In this document: positions 1-8,608 of the stretch, piece after piece
How the letters are laid out: every line of letters begins with the position of its first letter
Position numbering within the stretch: the first letter of the stretch is position 1
NCBI GenBank assembly: GCA_035556715.1
Contig: DATMER010000063.1
Coordinates: forward strand, 4,270-68,269
Length of the DNA: 64,000 nt
From: Thermoanaerobaculia bacterium
GTDB lineage: Bacteria; Acidobacteriota; Thermoanaerobaculia; Multivoradales; UBA5704
Reading direction: 5' to 3'
Program-made: the position numbers and the translations under genes
Notes under the pieces: generated by a model
The model's input: the letters and a program-made list of their open reading frames with translations, nothing else
What the model was told of the DNA's origin: nothing
Databases searched by the model: none

Positions 1-468
1 CGTCCGTGTAGGCCGGCCGCACCTTCCACTCCTGCAGCTCGTCCATGTCCACATACAGGTTCGACCAGCGGTCGTAGGAGGCGAGCTCGTAGGTCTTGGT
101 CGTGAGCCAGATCGACTTGGGCTCGGTCGGGCAGCCCTCCTCGCACAGGCCGCAGAACATGCAGCGCTGCACGTCGATGTCGAACCGGTCCAGGACCTTC
201 TCCTTCTTGTTCGTCTCCGGGTTCACCTCCTGGTGCCAGTCGATGTAGATGATGTCGATCGGGCAGTCCTTGGCGCAGATGGTGCACTTGATGCACCGGT
301 CCTCGTCCAGGCGAAACATGCCGCGGAACCGGTGCGCGGGCTCCCAGCGCTCCTCCGGATACTGGATCGTCACCTTCTTCTTGAACATGTTCCTGCCGGT
401 GATCGTAAGGCCGGCGACCAGGTCCCAGAGTATGAAATTCTTGAGGAAGCGCGTGATCGCAGACATGA
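1..468 (-). CDS. nuoI: NADH-quinone oxidoreductase subunit I (NuoI), C-terminally truncated by the window edge
   Basis: Minus-strand translation starting at the ATG complement at 466-468 gives MSAITRFLKNF... It carries two 4Fe-4S ferredoxin motifs, CIKCTICAKDCP and CMFCGLCEEGCP. The ORF runs off the window start, so it is missing from the supplied ORF track. Confidence 0.85.
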
Positions 469-471
469 AAC

Positions 472-1530
472 TCACCCCCGGTAGAGGAGCCAGAGCTTGA
501 TCGCGGCGGTGATGGCAATGTTCGCCAGCGCGAGCGGGATCATCCACTTCCAGCCCAGGTCCATGAGCTGGTCGAAGCGGTAGCGCGGGAACGTGCCGCG
601 GAACCAGATGTAGACGAACAGGAACGCGAAGACCTTGAGCGAGAACCAGATGACGCCGGGCACTACGCCGAGGAACGGGAGCGCGTTCGGGAACGGGGGC
701 AGCCAGCCGCCGAGGAACAGCGTCACGGCCACCGCCGAGACGACGATCATGTTCGCGTACTCGCCCAGGAAGAACAGGGCGAAGCGCATGCCGCTGTACT
801 CGGTGTGGAAGCCGGCAACCAGCTCGGACTCGGCCTCGGGCAGGTCGAACGGGTTGCGGTTCGACTCCGCCACGCCCGCCACCAGGTAGATGAAGAAGCC
901 GACGATCTGGGGGAAGACGAACCACACCCCCATATCCCGCTGCGCCTCGACGATCCCGACCAGCGACATGGTGCCGGCGAGCATGAGGGCGGGGACGAGT
1001 GAGAGACCCTGCGGCACCTCGTAGGAGATCATCTGCGCGGCCGAGCGCAGGCCGCCCATGAGCGAGAACTTGTTGTTCGACGCCCAGCCGCCGATGATCA
1101 GGCCATAGACGCCGATCGTGGCGAGCGCGATCACGAACAGCGCGCCCGCGTTGATGTCGGTGATGAACCAGTTCAGGCCCTCCTGGGTGGTGGCCTCCGG
1201 TCCGAAGGGGACGACGGCGAAGATGATGAACGCCGGCCCCACGACCAGACAGGGGGCGAGCACGAACGCCCACTTGACCGCCTGGTTGGGGATGTTGTCT
1301 CCCTTGACCAGCAGCTTCATCACGTCGGCGATGGGCTGCAGGATGCCCCACGGTCCCACGCGGTTCGGACCGACGCGGGCCTGCATGTAGCCCAGGATCT
1401 TGCGCTCGGCCAGCACCAGGTAGGTGATGAGCGGCAGGACCCCCAGGAACAGGAGGGCCATGATCTTGATCGCCGGAGAGAAGGCGTACTCGAAAAGGAA
1501 CGGACCGAAGAACTCGCGGATCGCATCCAT
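472..1530 (-). CDS. nuoH: NADH-quinone oxidoreductase subunit H (NuoH)
   Basis: 352-aa polytopic membrane protein with typical NuoH/ND1 sequence (…GPNRVGPWGILQPIADVMKL…GWASNNKFSLMGGLRSAAQMISYEV…). It lies between nuoD and nuoI. Confidence 0.9.
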   Translation of the reverse strand: MDAIREFFGPFLFEYAFSPAIKIMALLFLGVLPLITYLVLAERKILGYMQARVGPNRVGPWGILQPIADVMKLLVKGDNIPNQAVKWAFVLAPCLVVGPAFIIFAVVPFGPEATTQEGLNWFITDINAGALFVIALATIGVYGLIIGGWASNNKFSLMGGLRSAAQMISYEVPQGLSLVPALMLAGTMSLVGIVEAQRDMGVWFVFPQIVGFFIYLVAGVAESNRNPFDLPEAESELVAGFHTEYSGMRFALFFLGEYANMIVVSAVAVTLFLGGWLPPFPNALPFLGVVPGVIWFSLKVFAFLFVYIWFRGTFPRYRFDQLMDLGWKWMIPLALANIAITAAIKLWLLYRG

Positions 1531-1531
1531 C

Positions 1532-2692
1532 TCAGCGGTCGACCTCCCCGAGCACGATGTCGGTGGTGCCGATCAGGGCCACGAGATCGGCGAGCAGGTG
1601 TCCCTGGGTCAGCTCCGGCAGCGACTGCAGGTTGATGAACGAGGGCGCCCGGACGTGGCAGCGGTAGGGGTTCGGGGTGCCGTCGCCGACGATGTAGAAG
1701 CCGATCTCGCCTTTGGGTCCCTCGATACCGTGGTAGACCTCGGTTTCCTTGCCGGCTTTCAACACGCGCTGCCGCTTGGCCATGATCGGCCCCTCGGGGA
1801 GCTTGTCCAGGCACTGGGCGATGATGCGGTTGGACTGCCGCATCTCTTCCATGCGCACGATGTAGCGGTCGTAGGTGTCGCCGTTGTGGCGCACCGGGAC
1901 CTCGAAGTCCACCTCGCCGTACGCCTCGTAGGGCATGGCCTTGCGCATGTCCCATCCGATGCCGCTGCCGCGCAGCATCGGGCCGGTGATGCCGTAGTCG
2001 ATCGCCACGGCCGGGGGCAGGATTCCGATGCCGACGGTGCGCAGCTTCCAGATGCGGTTGTTGGTGAGCAGCCCCTCGTACTCGTCGACCGCGGCGGGGA
2101 ACAGCTCGACCAGCTCGCGGCACTTGTCGGTCCAGCCCACGGGCAGGTCATGCGGCAGGCCGCCGGGACGCATGCAATTGAGGGTCAGCCGGGCACCGCA
2201 GAACTGCTCGAAGAGGTCGAGGACCAGCTCGCGCTCGCGGAAGCAGTAGAAGAACGGCGTCATGGCGCCGATGTCGATGGCATGGGTGGCGAGCCAGAGC
2301 AGGTGCGAGGAGATGCGCTGCAGCTCGCAGAGGATCGTCCGGATGTAGCGCGCCCGCGGCGGGATCACGAGCCCGACCAGCTTCTCCACCGCTCCGACGT
2401 ACGCCAGGTTGTTGGTGGCCGCGGCCACGTAATCCATGCGGTCGGTGTGGGGGACGTTCTGGAAGAACGGGTGGAGCTCGAAGAGCTTCTCGGTGCCACG
2501 GTGGAGATAGCCGATGATCGGATAACAGTAGGTGATGCGCTCGCCGTCGACCCTGAGCTTCAGGCGGAGCACGCCGTGGGTGGACGGGTGCTGGGGACCG
2601 AAGTTGAGCTCCATCTCCTCGCCCTTGGCGAAGAGGGCGTCGCTCATCAGCGTCTCGGGCGGCGCGAACGGGCTCTGCATCGGATCAGTCAT
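1532..2692 (-). CDS. nuoD: NADH-quinone oxidoreductase subunit D (NuoD, 49-kDa subunit)
   Basis: 386 aa with characteristic NuoD sequence (…ELNFGPQHPSTHGVLRL…RMDYVAAATNNLAYV…HVRAPSFINLQSLPE…). Confidence 0.9.
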   Translation of the reverse strand: MTDPMQSPFAPPETLMSDALFAKGEEMELNFGPQHPSTHGVLRLKLRVDGERITYCYPIIGYLHRGTEKLFELHPFFQNVPHTDRMDYVAAATNNLAYVGAVEKLVGLVIPPRARYIRTILCELQRISSHLLWLATHAIDIGAMTPFFYCFRERELVLDLFEQFCGARLTLNCMRPGGLPHDLPVGWTDKCRELVELFPAAVDEYEGLLTNNRIWKLRTVGIGILPPAVAIDYGITGPMLRGSGIGWDMRKAMPYEAYGEVDFEVPVRHNGDTYDRYIVRMEEMRQSNRIIAQCLDKLPEGPIMAKRQRVLKAGKETEVYHGIEGPKGEIGFYIVGDGTPNPYRCHVRAPSFINLQSLPELTQGHLLADLVALIGTTDIVLGEVDR

Positions 2693-2716
2693 TTCATTTT
2701 CCCTGCTGAGGGCTCC

Positions 2717-3738
2717 CTAACTCGGCTCCGGAGGGGCAGGCTTGGTTCCCGCGGGGGGAATGCTCGGGGTCGGCGGCTCGGGAGGCTTGGCCGGCTTCCA
2801 GCCGGTGCCTGTGCCTGCGACCGGGCCGGCCGTCTCCTGGTAGTACTCGGGATAGATGGCGCTGCCGGTGTCGATCCCCTCGACCGGGAAATCCTTGCGC
2901 AACGGGAAGCCGTTGAACCCCTCCCAGAGGAGGATGCGGGTCATGTCCGGGTGTCCCTCGAAGCGGACGCCATACATGTCGTAGGTCTCGCGCTCCAGCC
3001 AGTTGGCGGCGCGAAACACGCCGGAAATGCTGGGCACCGTCGTGGCCTCGTCCGTGGAGACCTTGAGGCGGATTCGCCGGTTCGCCTCGAAGCTGTGCAG
3101 GTGGTAGACCACGTCGAAGCGCGGCTCCCGCTTGGGATAGTCGGCGCCGCAGAGGTCGATCAGGTAGGTGAACTTGTGCCGGCTCTTGAGCGAGGCGGCC
3201 ACCTGGGCGATGGCGTCGCGCCGCACCTGGAGGGTGAGGTCGCCCGCGAAGCTCCGGGCCGACTCGACGGCATCCCCGAGCTCCTCCTTGATGGCGACCG
3301 CCAGCGGGTCGTTGGAGCCGTCCCGCCAATCGGGCGCGACGGGGTCCTTCTCCCAGACCGGCTTGTTCGGGTCTTCCTCGTGCTTGGGCTTGGCCGGGGC
3401 AGCCGGCTTGTCACCGGCGGGAGCGGGAGCTGCTCCTCCGGCCGCCGCCTTGGCGGCCTTGGCCGCGGCAGCCTTCTCGAGGGCCGCAGCCTTGAGAGCG
3501 GCCTTCTCTTCGTCCGAGAGCGGCTTCTTCTCTCCCGGAGCGGGAGCCGTCTTGGCAGTATCGGCGATATCGGCCGGCTGCTGGACCGCTCCGGCGTTGG
3601 CTTCGCCGCCAGCGGCGGTCGCTGCGGCATTGACCGCCTCCGCCTTCGCCTCGGCAGCCTCCTTCTGAGCCGCCGCCTCCTCGGTGGGAGCGGCGGGCGG
3701 CTGGCCCTCGGGAGTCTTGTCCTGCTCGTCGCTCACGG
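2717..3738 (-). CDS. nuoC: NADH-quinone oxidoreductase subunit C (NuoC, 30-kDa) with a roughly 150-aa Ala/Lys/Glu-rich low-complexity N-terminal extension
   Basis: The C-terminal half is a NuoC domain (…[13 protein letters not shown]…[19 protein letters not shown]…[32 protein letters not shown]…FPLRKDFP). The N-terminal half is low complexity ([19 protein letters not shown]…[20 protein letters not shown]…). The track ORF starts at 3838, but that would overlap nuoB by 100 nt. A GTG at 3738 (VSDEQDK…) gives a 6-nt overlap with nuoB and is preferred; the start is still uncertain. Confidence 0.8.
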
Positions 3739-4257
3739 GCGCCCTCCCTCCCCGGTGAAGACTACGCCGGCCTCGGACGTGGTCTGGCGGGAACGGCTCA
3801 TGCGGTCGATCTTGCGCTGCAGGTGGAGGAGGCCCCACATCAGGGCTTCAGGCCGCGGCGGGCATCCGGGCACGTAGACGTCGACGGGGATGACCCGGTC
3901 GACGCCCTGGGTGACGGCATAGGTGCGGTACGGTCCGCCGCAGGTGGCGCAGGCGCCCATGGCGAGGGCCCACTTGGGCTCGGGCATCTGGTCCCAGAGG
4001 CGGCGCACGATGGGCGCCATCTTCTCGGTGACCGTGCCGGCGACGATCATCAGGTCGCTCTGGCGGGGCGTGGCGCGGAAGACCTCGGCGCCGAAGCGGG
4101 ACATGTCGTGGCGCGGGTCGAGCACGGCCATCATCTCGATGGCGCAGCAGGCCAGGCCGAACTGCATGGGCCAGATCGCCGAGCGGCGGGCCCAGTTGAA
4201 GATCTTGTCGTAGGTCGTGGTGAGGACGTTGGCCTCGTTGCTGTCCATCAAGCCCAT
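3733..4257 (-). CDS. nuoB: NADH-quinone oxidoreductase subunit B (NuoB, 20-kDa, N2 cluster)
   Basis: 174 aa with the conserved motifs …[11 protein letters not shown]… and …[10 protein letters not shown]…[16 protein letters not shown]…. Confidence 0.9.
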   Translation of the reverse strand: MGLMDSNEANVLTTTYDKIFNWARRSAIWPMQFGLACCAIEMMAVLDPRHDMSRFGAEVFRATPRQSDLMIVAGTVTEKMAPIVRRLWDQMPEPKWALAMGACATCGGPYRTYAVTQGVDRVIPVDVYVPGCPPRPEALMWGLLHLQRKIDRMSRSRQTTSEAGVVFTGEGGRP

Positions 4258-4604
4258 TTCAAGGCCCCCCGATTCCAGATGTAGACATACCCGACGATCA
4301 GGATGACCAGGAAGACCATCATCTCGATGAACCCGAAGAGCGCCAGCTTGTCGAACATGACCGCCCAGGGGTAGAGGAAGACGGTCTCGACGTCGAAGAT
4401 GACGAAGAGGACGGCGATCAGGTAGTAGCGGATGGAGAACCGGTGGTCATGGGCATAGGTCTCCGGCTCGTTGCCGCACTCGTAGGGGTCGCGGTTCGTA
4501 GTCGGGCTGCCGACATGCCGGAGGAGGCGAGCCGCGAGCAGGGTCACGACCAGGAAGCCGATCGCGACCAGCGTGAATATGAGGATGGGCAGGTAGCTCT
4601 CCAT
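4248..4604 (-). CDS. nuoA: NADH-quinone oxidoreductase subunit A (NuoA)
   Basis: 118-aa three-TM protein (…[44 protein letters not shown]…). It is the first gene of the minus-strand nuo operon. The 135-bp region 4605-4740 upstream should hold its promoter. Confidence 0.9.
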   Translation of the reverse strand: MESYLPILIFTLVAIGFLVVTLLAARLLRHVGSPTTNRDPYECGNEPETYAHDHRFSIRYYLIAVLFVIFDVETVFLYPWAVMFDKLALFGFIEMMVFLVILIVGYVYIWNRGALKWA

Positions 4605-4743
4605 GGACTCCCTTCACCTCCTGAGCGCCGCTAAGTCCCTTTGGGCGGGCGTATTCTACCCGAGCACCGGGGGGTGTCAAGGAAGAGGCCCTCACCGGTC
4701 CGAGAGGCGCCACAGCCGGGTGTGACCGCGCTATCCTTGCCGT

Positions 4744-5418
4744 ATGACCGAGGACTGGGAGCGTCTGCTGGCAGCCGAGCGCCACCTCCAGGCGCTGGTA
4801 CCGGGCGCCGTGCTGGTGGGGGGAACCGCCGCTGCGCTCCATGCCGGGCATCGCGTGAGCCTCGATGGAGACCATGTGCTGGACGATCTGCGAGGCCGGT
4901 TCGACCAGGTGCTGGACGACCTCGAAGCCGCCGCCGGCTGGAAGACCTCGAGGGTCCGCCGGCCGGTCCTCATCCTCGGCCGCCTGCAGGGCGTCCTCAC
5001 CGGCATCCGCCAGCTCCGGCGTGTCCGACCCTTGGAGACCGAGGAGATCGCCGGCCTGCGGGTGCCCACGCTCGCGGAGATGGCGCGGATCAAATCGTGG
5101 CTGCTCGCGACCCGCTTCACCGTCCGCGACTATCTCGACACGGTGGTGCTCTTCGAGAGGCTGGGCGAGGAAGGGGTCCGCGATGCTCTCCGAGAGCTCG
5201 ACGAGTACTATCCGCAGGAGAGCGGAGCTTCGGTGCTGGCCGAGGTCATCGAGAGGTTGGGCTCGGGCCAGCCTGTCGATGCCGCGGAAATCGACCTCGC
5301 GGGCTATCGCGGGCTCAATCCGCCCTGGAACGACTGGGAGCATGTGACCGCCCGTGGGCGCGCATGGGCTCGGACGCTCGCGGAACTACTGCTCGGCGCA
5401 CAGGAGGACAAGGGATGA
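4744..5418 (+). CDS. Putative nucleotidyltransferase, AbiEii/DUF1814-like (type IV TA toxin-like)
   Basis: 224 aa. The N-terminal segment VLVGGTAAALHAGHRVSLDGDHV fits the NTase-fold G[GS]…RxSxDxD signature of AbiEii-family proteins. Its TGA stop overlaps the ATG of the next ORF as ATGA at 5415-5418. Confidence 0.4.
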   Translation: MTEDWERLLAAERHLQALVPGAVLVGGTAAALHAGHRVSLDGDHVLDDLRGRFDQVLDDLEAAAGWKTSRVRRPVLILGRLQGVLTGIRQLRRVRPLETEEIAGLRVPTLAEMARIKSWLLATRFTVRDYLDTVVLFERLGEEGVRDALRELDEYYPQESGASVLAEVIERLGSGQPVDAAEIDLAGYRGLNPPWNDWEHVTARGRAWARTLAELLLGAQEDKG

Positions 5419-5714
5419 GCCGCTTCGATCTGTCGCAGTCGGTGGCGCTCTGGAACCGCAACCGGCTGGATCTCCGGAGCGACGAAATCCTGGCTCAGAT
5501 CCTGGACCGGGGCGAGCTCGAAGCCTGGCGCGAGATCTACCGGCTCGCGTCCGGTCCTGGAGAGGAAGCCGCGGCCCTCCGCCGCCGGATCCTGCGCCTT
5601 TGCCAGACGGTGCCTCTCTCCTTTCCCCACCTCTTCATCGCAGCCATGAGGGCTCTCGGGGAGCCGGTCGAACCCTATCCAGACGTGCCGCCTCTCGCTG
5701 ACGACCTCGCGTGA
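5415..5714 (+). CDS. Small hypothetical protein (99 aa), translationally coupled to the upstream NTase-like gene
   Basis: ATG at 5415 inside an ATGA overlap gives MSRFDLSQSVALWNRNRLDLRSDEILAQILDRGELEAWREIYRL…. The track ORF 4641..5714 is the same frame with a spurious 5' extension. No recognisable motif. Confidence 0.35.
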   Translation: MSRFDLSQSVALWNRNRLDLRSDEILAQILDRGELEAWREIYRLASGPGEEAAALRRRILRLCQTVPLSFPHLFIAAMRALGEPVEPYPDVPPLADDLA

Positions 5715-6757
5715 GGTGAGACGGGCGCCCCCTCACCAGCCTTCACCACCTCTTCTGACCACGCGGGCAGATCCCCGCCCAGCTTCCCGGCCGCCGCGTT
5801 ATAGGCAGGCAGCAGCTGACGCGGATCACAGGCGCTGGCGACGAGCCGGTCCCGGCCGAGGGCCTTCTCGATCGTAGCGGCCATCTTCCACCCCACCGTG
5901 TACCAGGGACCCTGCTCGCCGTAGAAGGACGAGGCGGTCTTCTGTGCCTCCTCCTCCGAAAGCTTCCCTGAGAGGACATCACGGAAGAAGGCGTCGACCT
6001 TGCGGAGGTCCTCGGGGAAGCGGGCTACGTCTCGATCCCATCGCTCGCGGTCCGGAGCAGGGCTCACGGCGTGGGGATGGACGTTCGGCCCGCCGGCCGC
6101 GGCGAGCATGGCAAGCCCCTCGCCGAAGGCGCCCATCCAGAGCAGTGCGGTCCGGTCCTTCTCGGGGAGCTTCGCGATCTCCTCCTCCACAGCCTTGGGC
6201 GGGCAGCTCCCGCCGAAGCCGATGTGGTGGAGCTCATGGGCGAGGGTGTTTTCCAGCTTCTCCGGGGAGACCTCGGGATCGAGATAGAGGAAGATGGCCG
6301 GGTCGGTCTTCACCTCGAAGACGAAGCTGTTGTCCTTCGGCTTGATGACCGGGTAGACCTTGGCCCGGATGCTCGCTCCCTCCGGCAGGTAGGCGAGAGC
6401 GCGGCGGGCCGCGGTGGAAGGGTCCGCCCGGGTCCAGAGCGCGAGGGTCCTGGCCAAGGCCGGCGCCCGCTTGGCAAGGTCGTCCGACAGGACGAAGGTC
6501 TTGAAATCCGCCTCCTCGAACGGCCTCCCCATCCCCGTCTCCCGCTTCTTGAGCCGCACGTACCCCTCGCTCGTGAACAAGCGCTGCCAGTCCGCTTCCG
6601 TGATCGCCTGCCCCTGCACCTTCTTGGAGAGGATGTAGAGCACGGTCTCCGCCTCGTCCGTGACCATGCGGACGTCTACCGGGGGAGGGGGCTCGGCGGC
6701 CCGGACGGGCAGGGCGAGGGTAAGGACGGCGAGGAGGAGGGGGAGGCGGGTTCGCAT
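5675..6757 (-). CDS. Secreted hypothetical protein with HExxH motif (putative Zn-metallopeptidase-like)
   Basis: 360 aa with an N-terminal signal peptide (MRTRLPLLLAVLTLALPVRA) and a HELHHIGFGG (HExxH) motif. It is convergent with the upstream gene pair and overlaps its end by about 40 nt. Confidence 0.55.
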   Translation of the reverse strand: MRTRLPLLLAVLTLALPVRAAEPPPPVDVRMVTDEAETVLYILSKKVQGQAITEADWQRLFTSEGYVRLKKRETGMGRPFEEADFKTFVLSDDLAKRAPALARTLALWTRADPSTAARRALAYLPEGASIRAKVYPVIKPKDNSFVFEVKTDPAIFLYLDPEVSPEKLENTLAHELHHIGFGGSCPPKAVEEEIAKLPEKDRTALLWMGAFGEGLAMLAAAGGPNVHPHAVSPAPDRERWDRDVARFPEDLRKVDAFFRDVLSGKLSEEEAQKTASSFYGEQGPWYTVGWKMAATIEKALGRDRLVASACDPRQLLPAYNAAAGKLGGDLPAWSEEVVKAGEGAPVSPHARSSARGGTSG

Positions 6758-6892
6758 GGGCGGAAGCTTACGCGAGCTCCAGGCGGCGAAGCTCCGGCGT
6801 CGTGACCCAGGAACATTCTTCCCGCACGCGACTGGTACCTCGTCACAGCCCGGCTAACCATCAATCGGACTGTGACGTGGTACTGGCTTCTC

Positions 6893-8497
6893 TCAATGTA
6901 CCCGCGGCGGGCATGTCGGGCAGTTCGGAAAAGGAGGGTCCTCGGGCTGGGGATAGAGCCACGGCTGGCAAGAACCTTTCGCGGAGGCTGGAAGGCTTGG
7001 ATCCAACGGTCCTGGCAAGGGCTCGCAGTCCAACTTGATCGGGCATGGGGAAGGCAAATCTCGACACCGGGCCTTGTGGAGGGCCGTGCAGAGCGACAGC
7101 CTGTGGACCTTGGGGTGAGCCAGAAAGATCGGGGTGCCCTCCCTGAACCAGAAGTCCGCCTCAAAGCCGAGCTCTTCTCCGCTCCCGTCGAGGATATTCA
7201 TGACCTGATGGGAGTTGAGCCCGGGAAAGGAATCCCACACCACGGCGGCGATCGACGAGGCGACGGCCGTGGCAACGGAGCTGCCAGTGAGTATCGCCGC
7301 GGGCTCGTCGGGATCCGGGGTGGGCACCATGGCGTTTTCGGCGTAGGCGGCGCGCCGCGGCATCCCGCCAGGACGGGTGATCTCCAGGGGCCTGCCATCG
7401 GATTTCAATCCGCCTACTGCGTAGATGAGCGGCGCCTCTGGGGTTTTGCAGCTCTCATCCCGCAGAGCTTCTTTCTCCCAGGCAGCCGGCAGGAGAGGCC
7501 CGATGTTGGCGCAGGGATCACGTTTCTGGTTGCCCGCCGCCGCCAACACCAGGACGTCGAAGCCGGCCGCATATTGCAGGGCTCGATAGACCGCCTGCGT
7601 TCCCGCCCGCATATCGGCAATCTGCTTTTCATCGAGGCCGCCGAAGAGCTCTCCGTCCCAGCCCAGGGACAGGTTGAGCACGAGGTGCTTCTGTGAGCCC
7701 GCTCTCCGCCAGGTGTCCACCTCGTTCCGGATGGCCTCGGCCAGATCGCTATACATGCCGAGAGCGCCTCCCAGCTTTGTGTCAGCCTTGTTGTCTGCCT
7801 GACTCTTCGCGTCGAACTCGCGGAATGGCAGCGCCAGCCGGGTGGCGATCCACGCGGCGCAGTGAGCATTGGGCTCCAGAGTACAGACCAGGTGCCGGGC
7901 CATGTGAGCAAGAGTGTAGCCATGCCGCGATTTTCCCGATCGCCTGGGTACGCCCTCGCCGGTCGGCTGGGTATCCAGGAAGGCCAGGCGCACGGTTGGC
8001 TGGCTGTCGATCTCGATCGGTGCCCTCAGCCTTCCGGCCTGTGAAAGAAAGTGTGAGGAAAGCAGATTCTTGGTTTTTACCTCCAGCTTCGTCTCGGCGG
8101 AGGGAGTAAGCGCCGCGCAGTCCTGATCGAGCCGCGACAGCTTGGCACTCGCGGCAAGTGGGAACGGAAGCTTTTCCAGTTTTTTCTTCGGGTCTGCGAT
8201 CTCATACACGCAAAAGCGATTGAGCTCCTGGATGACCTCGCGACTGGGGCCGCTCCCTGGGGTTTGTTTCTCTTTGCAGCCTTTGCACTGCTGCTGGACC
8301 GGGTCAAGTTGAGGGAACAGGGGACGCACGGTCCAGCCCGCGATCTCCGGGCATTGGGCCTCGGGCTGGCTGATCCCGATCCAGCGCCAGTCGGCGCAGG
8401 CCTTCGCGGTATCCAGATGCGGAGGTGGAAATGTCTTGCAGGCGTTCAGCCCGATCGCAATCCCAACAGCGATCCAGAGCAGATGTCCTCGTCGCAT
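6893..8497 (-). CDS. Subtilisin-like serine protease (peptidase S8), predicted lipoprotein
   Basis: 534 aa. Lipoprotein signal MRRGHLLWIAVGIAIGLNAC (lipobox LNAC). Putative S8 catalytic motifs: D in …FLDTQPTG…, H in …HGYTLAHMA…, and a GTSxA-like Ser motif LTGSSVATAVASS. Confidence 0.7.
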   Translation of the reverse strand: MRRGHLLWIAVGIAIGLNACKTFPPPHLDTAKACADWRWIGISQPEAQCPEIAGWTVRPLFPQLDPVQQQCKGCKEKQTPGSGPSREVIQELNRFCVYEIADPKKKLEKLPFPLAASAKLSRLDQDCAALTPSAETKLEVKTKNLLSSHFLSQAGRLRAPIEIDSQPTVRLAFLDTQPTGEGVPRRSGKSRHGYTLAHMARHLVCTLEPNAHCAAWIATRLALPFREFDAKSQADNKADTKLGGALGMYSDLAEAIRNEVDTWRRAGSQKHLVLNLSLGWDGELFGGLDEKQIADMRAGTQAVYRALQYAAGFDVLVLAAAGNQKRDPCANIGPLLPAAWEKEALRDESCKTPEAPLIYAVGGLKSDGRPLEITRPGGMPRRAAYAENAMVPTPDPDEPAAILTGSSVATAVASSIAAVVWDSFPGLNSHQVMNILDGSGEELGFEADFWFREGTPIFLAHPKVHRLSLCTALHKARCRDLPSPCPIKLDCEPLPGPLDPSLPASAKGSCQPWLYPQPEDPPFPNCPTCPPRVH

Positions 8498-8608
8498 GGC
8501 TCTCTCTCCTTAGAATGGACGCTCAGCCGGAAGGCGGCTATTTGAGGCGTCGCAGAGATCCTTCGCCGCCGGAGGACGATTTCTGACAGGAAGCCCCCGA
8601 GCGGGCGC

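Noticed and set aside
2717-3838. Extended start for nuoC at 3838
   Set aside because: It would overlap nuoB by about 100 nt and adds only more low-complexity sequence. The GTG at 3738 gives the usual short overlap. The exact start remains uncertain.
4641-5714. Track ORF of 357 aa spanning the NTase-like gene region
   Set aside because: It is in the frame of the small downstream gene only. The 5' 770 nt are an out-of-frame read-through of the 4744..5418 gene, which has the NTase motif, and have Arg/Pro-rich nonsense composition.
6872-7696. Plus-strand ORF (274 aa) opposite the S8 protease gene
   Set aside because: It is antisense to a gene with clear S8 catalytic motifs and a lipoprotein signal. 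It has no motifs of its own.
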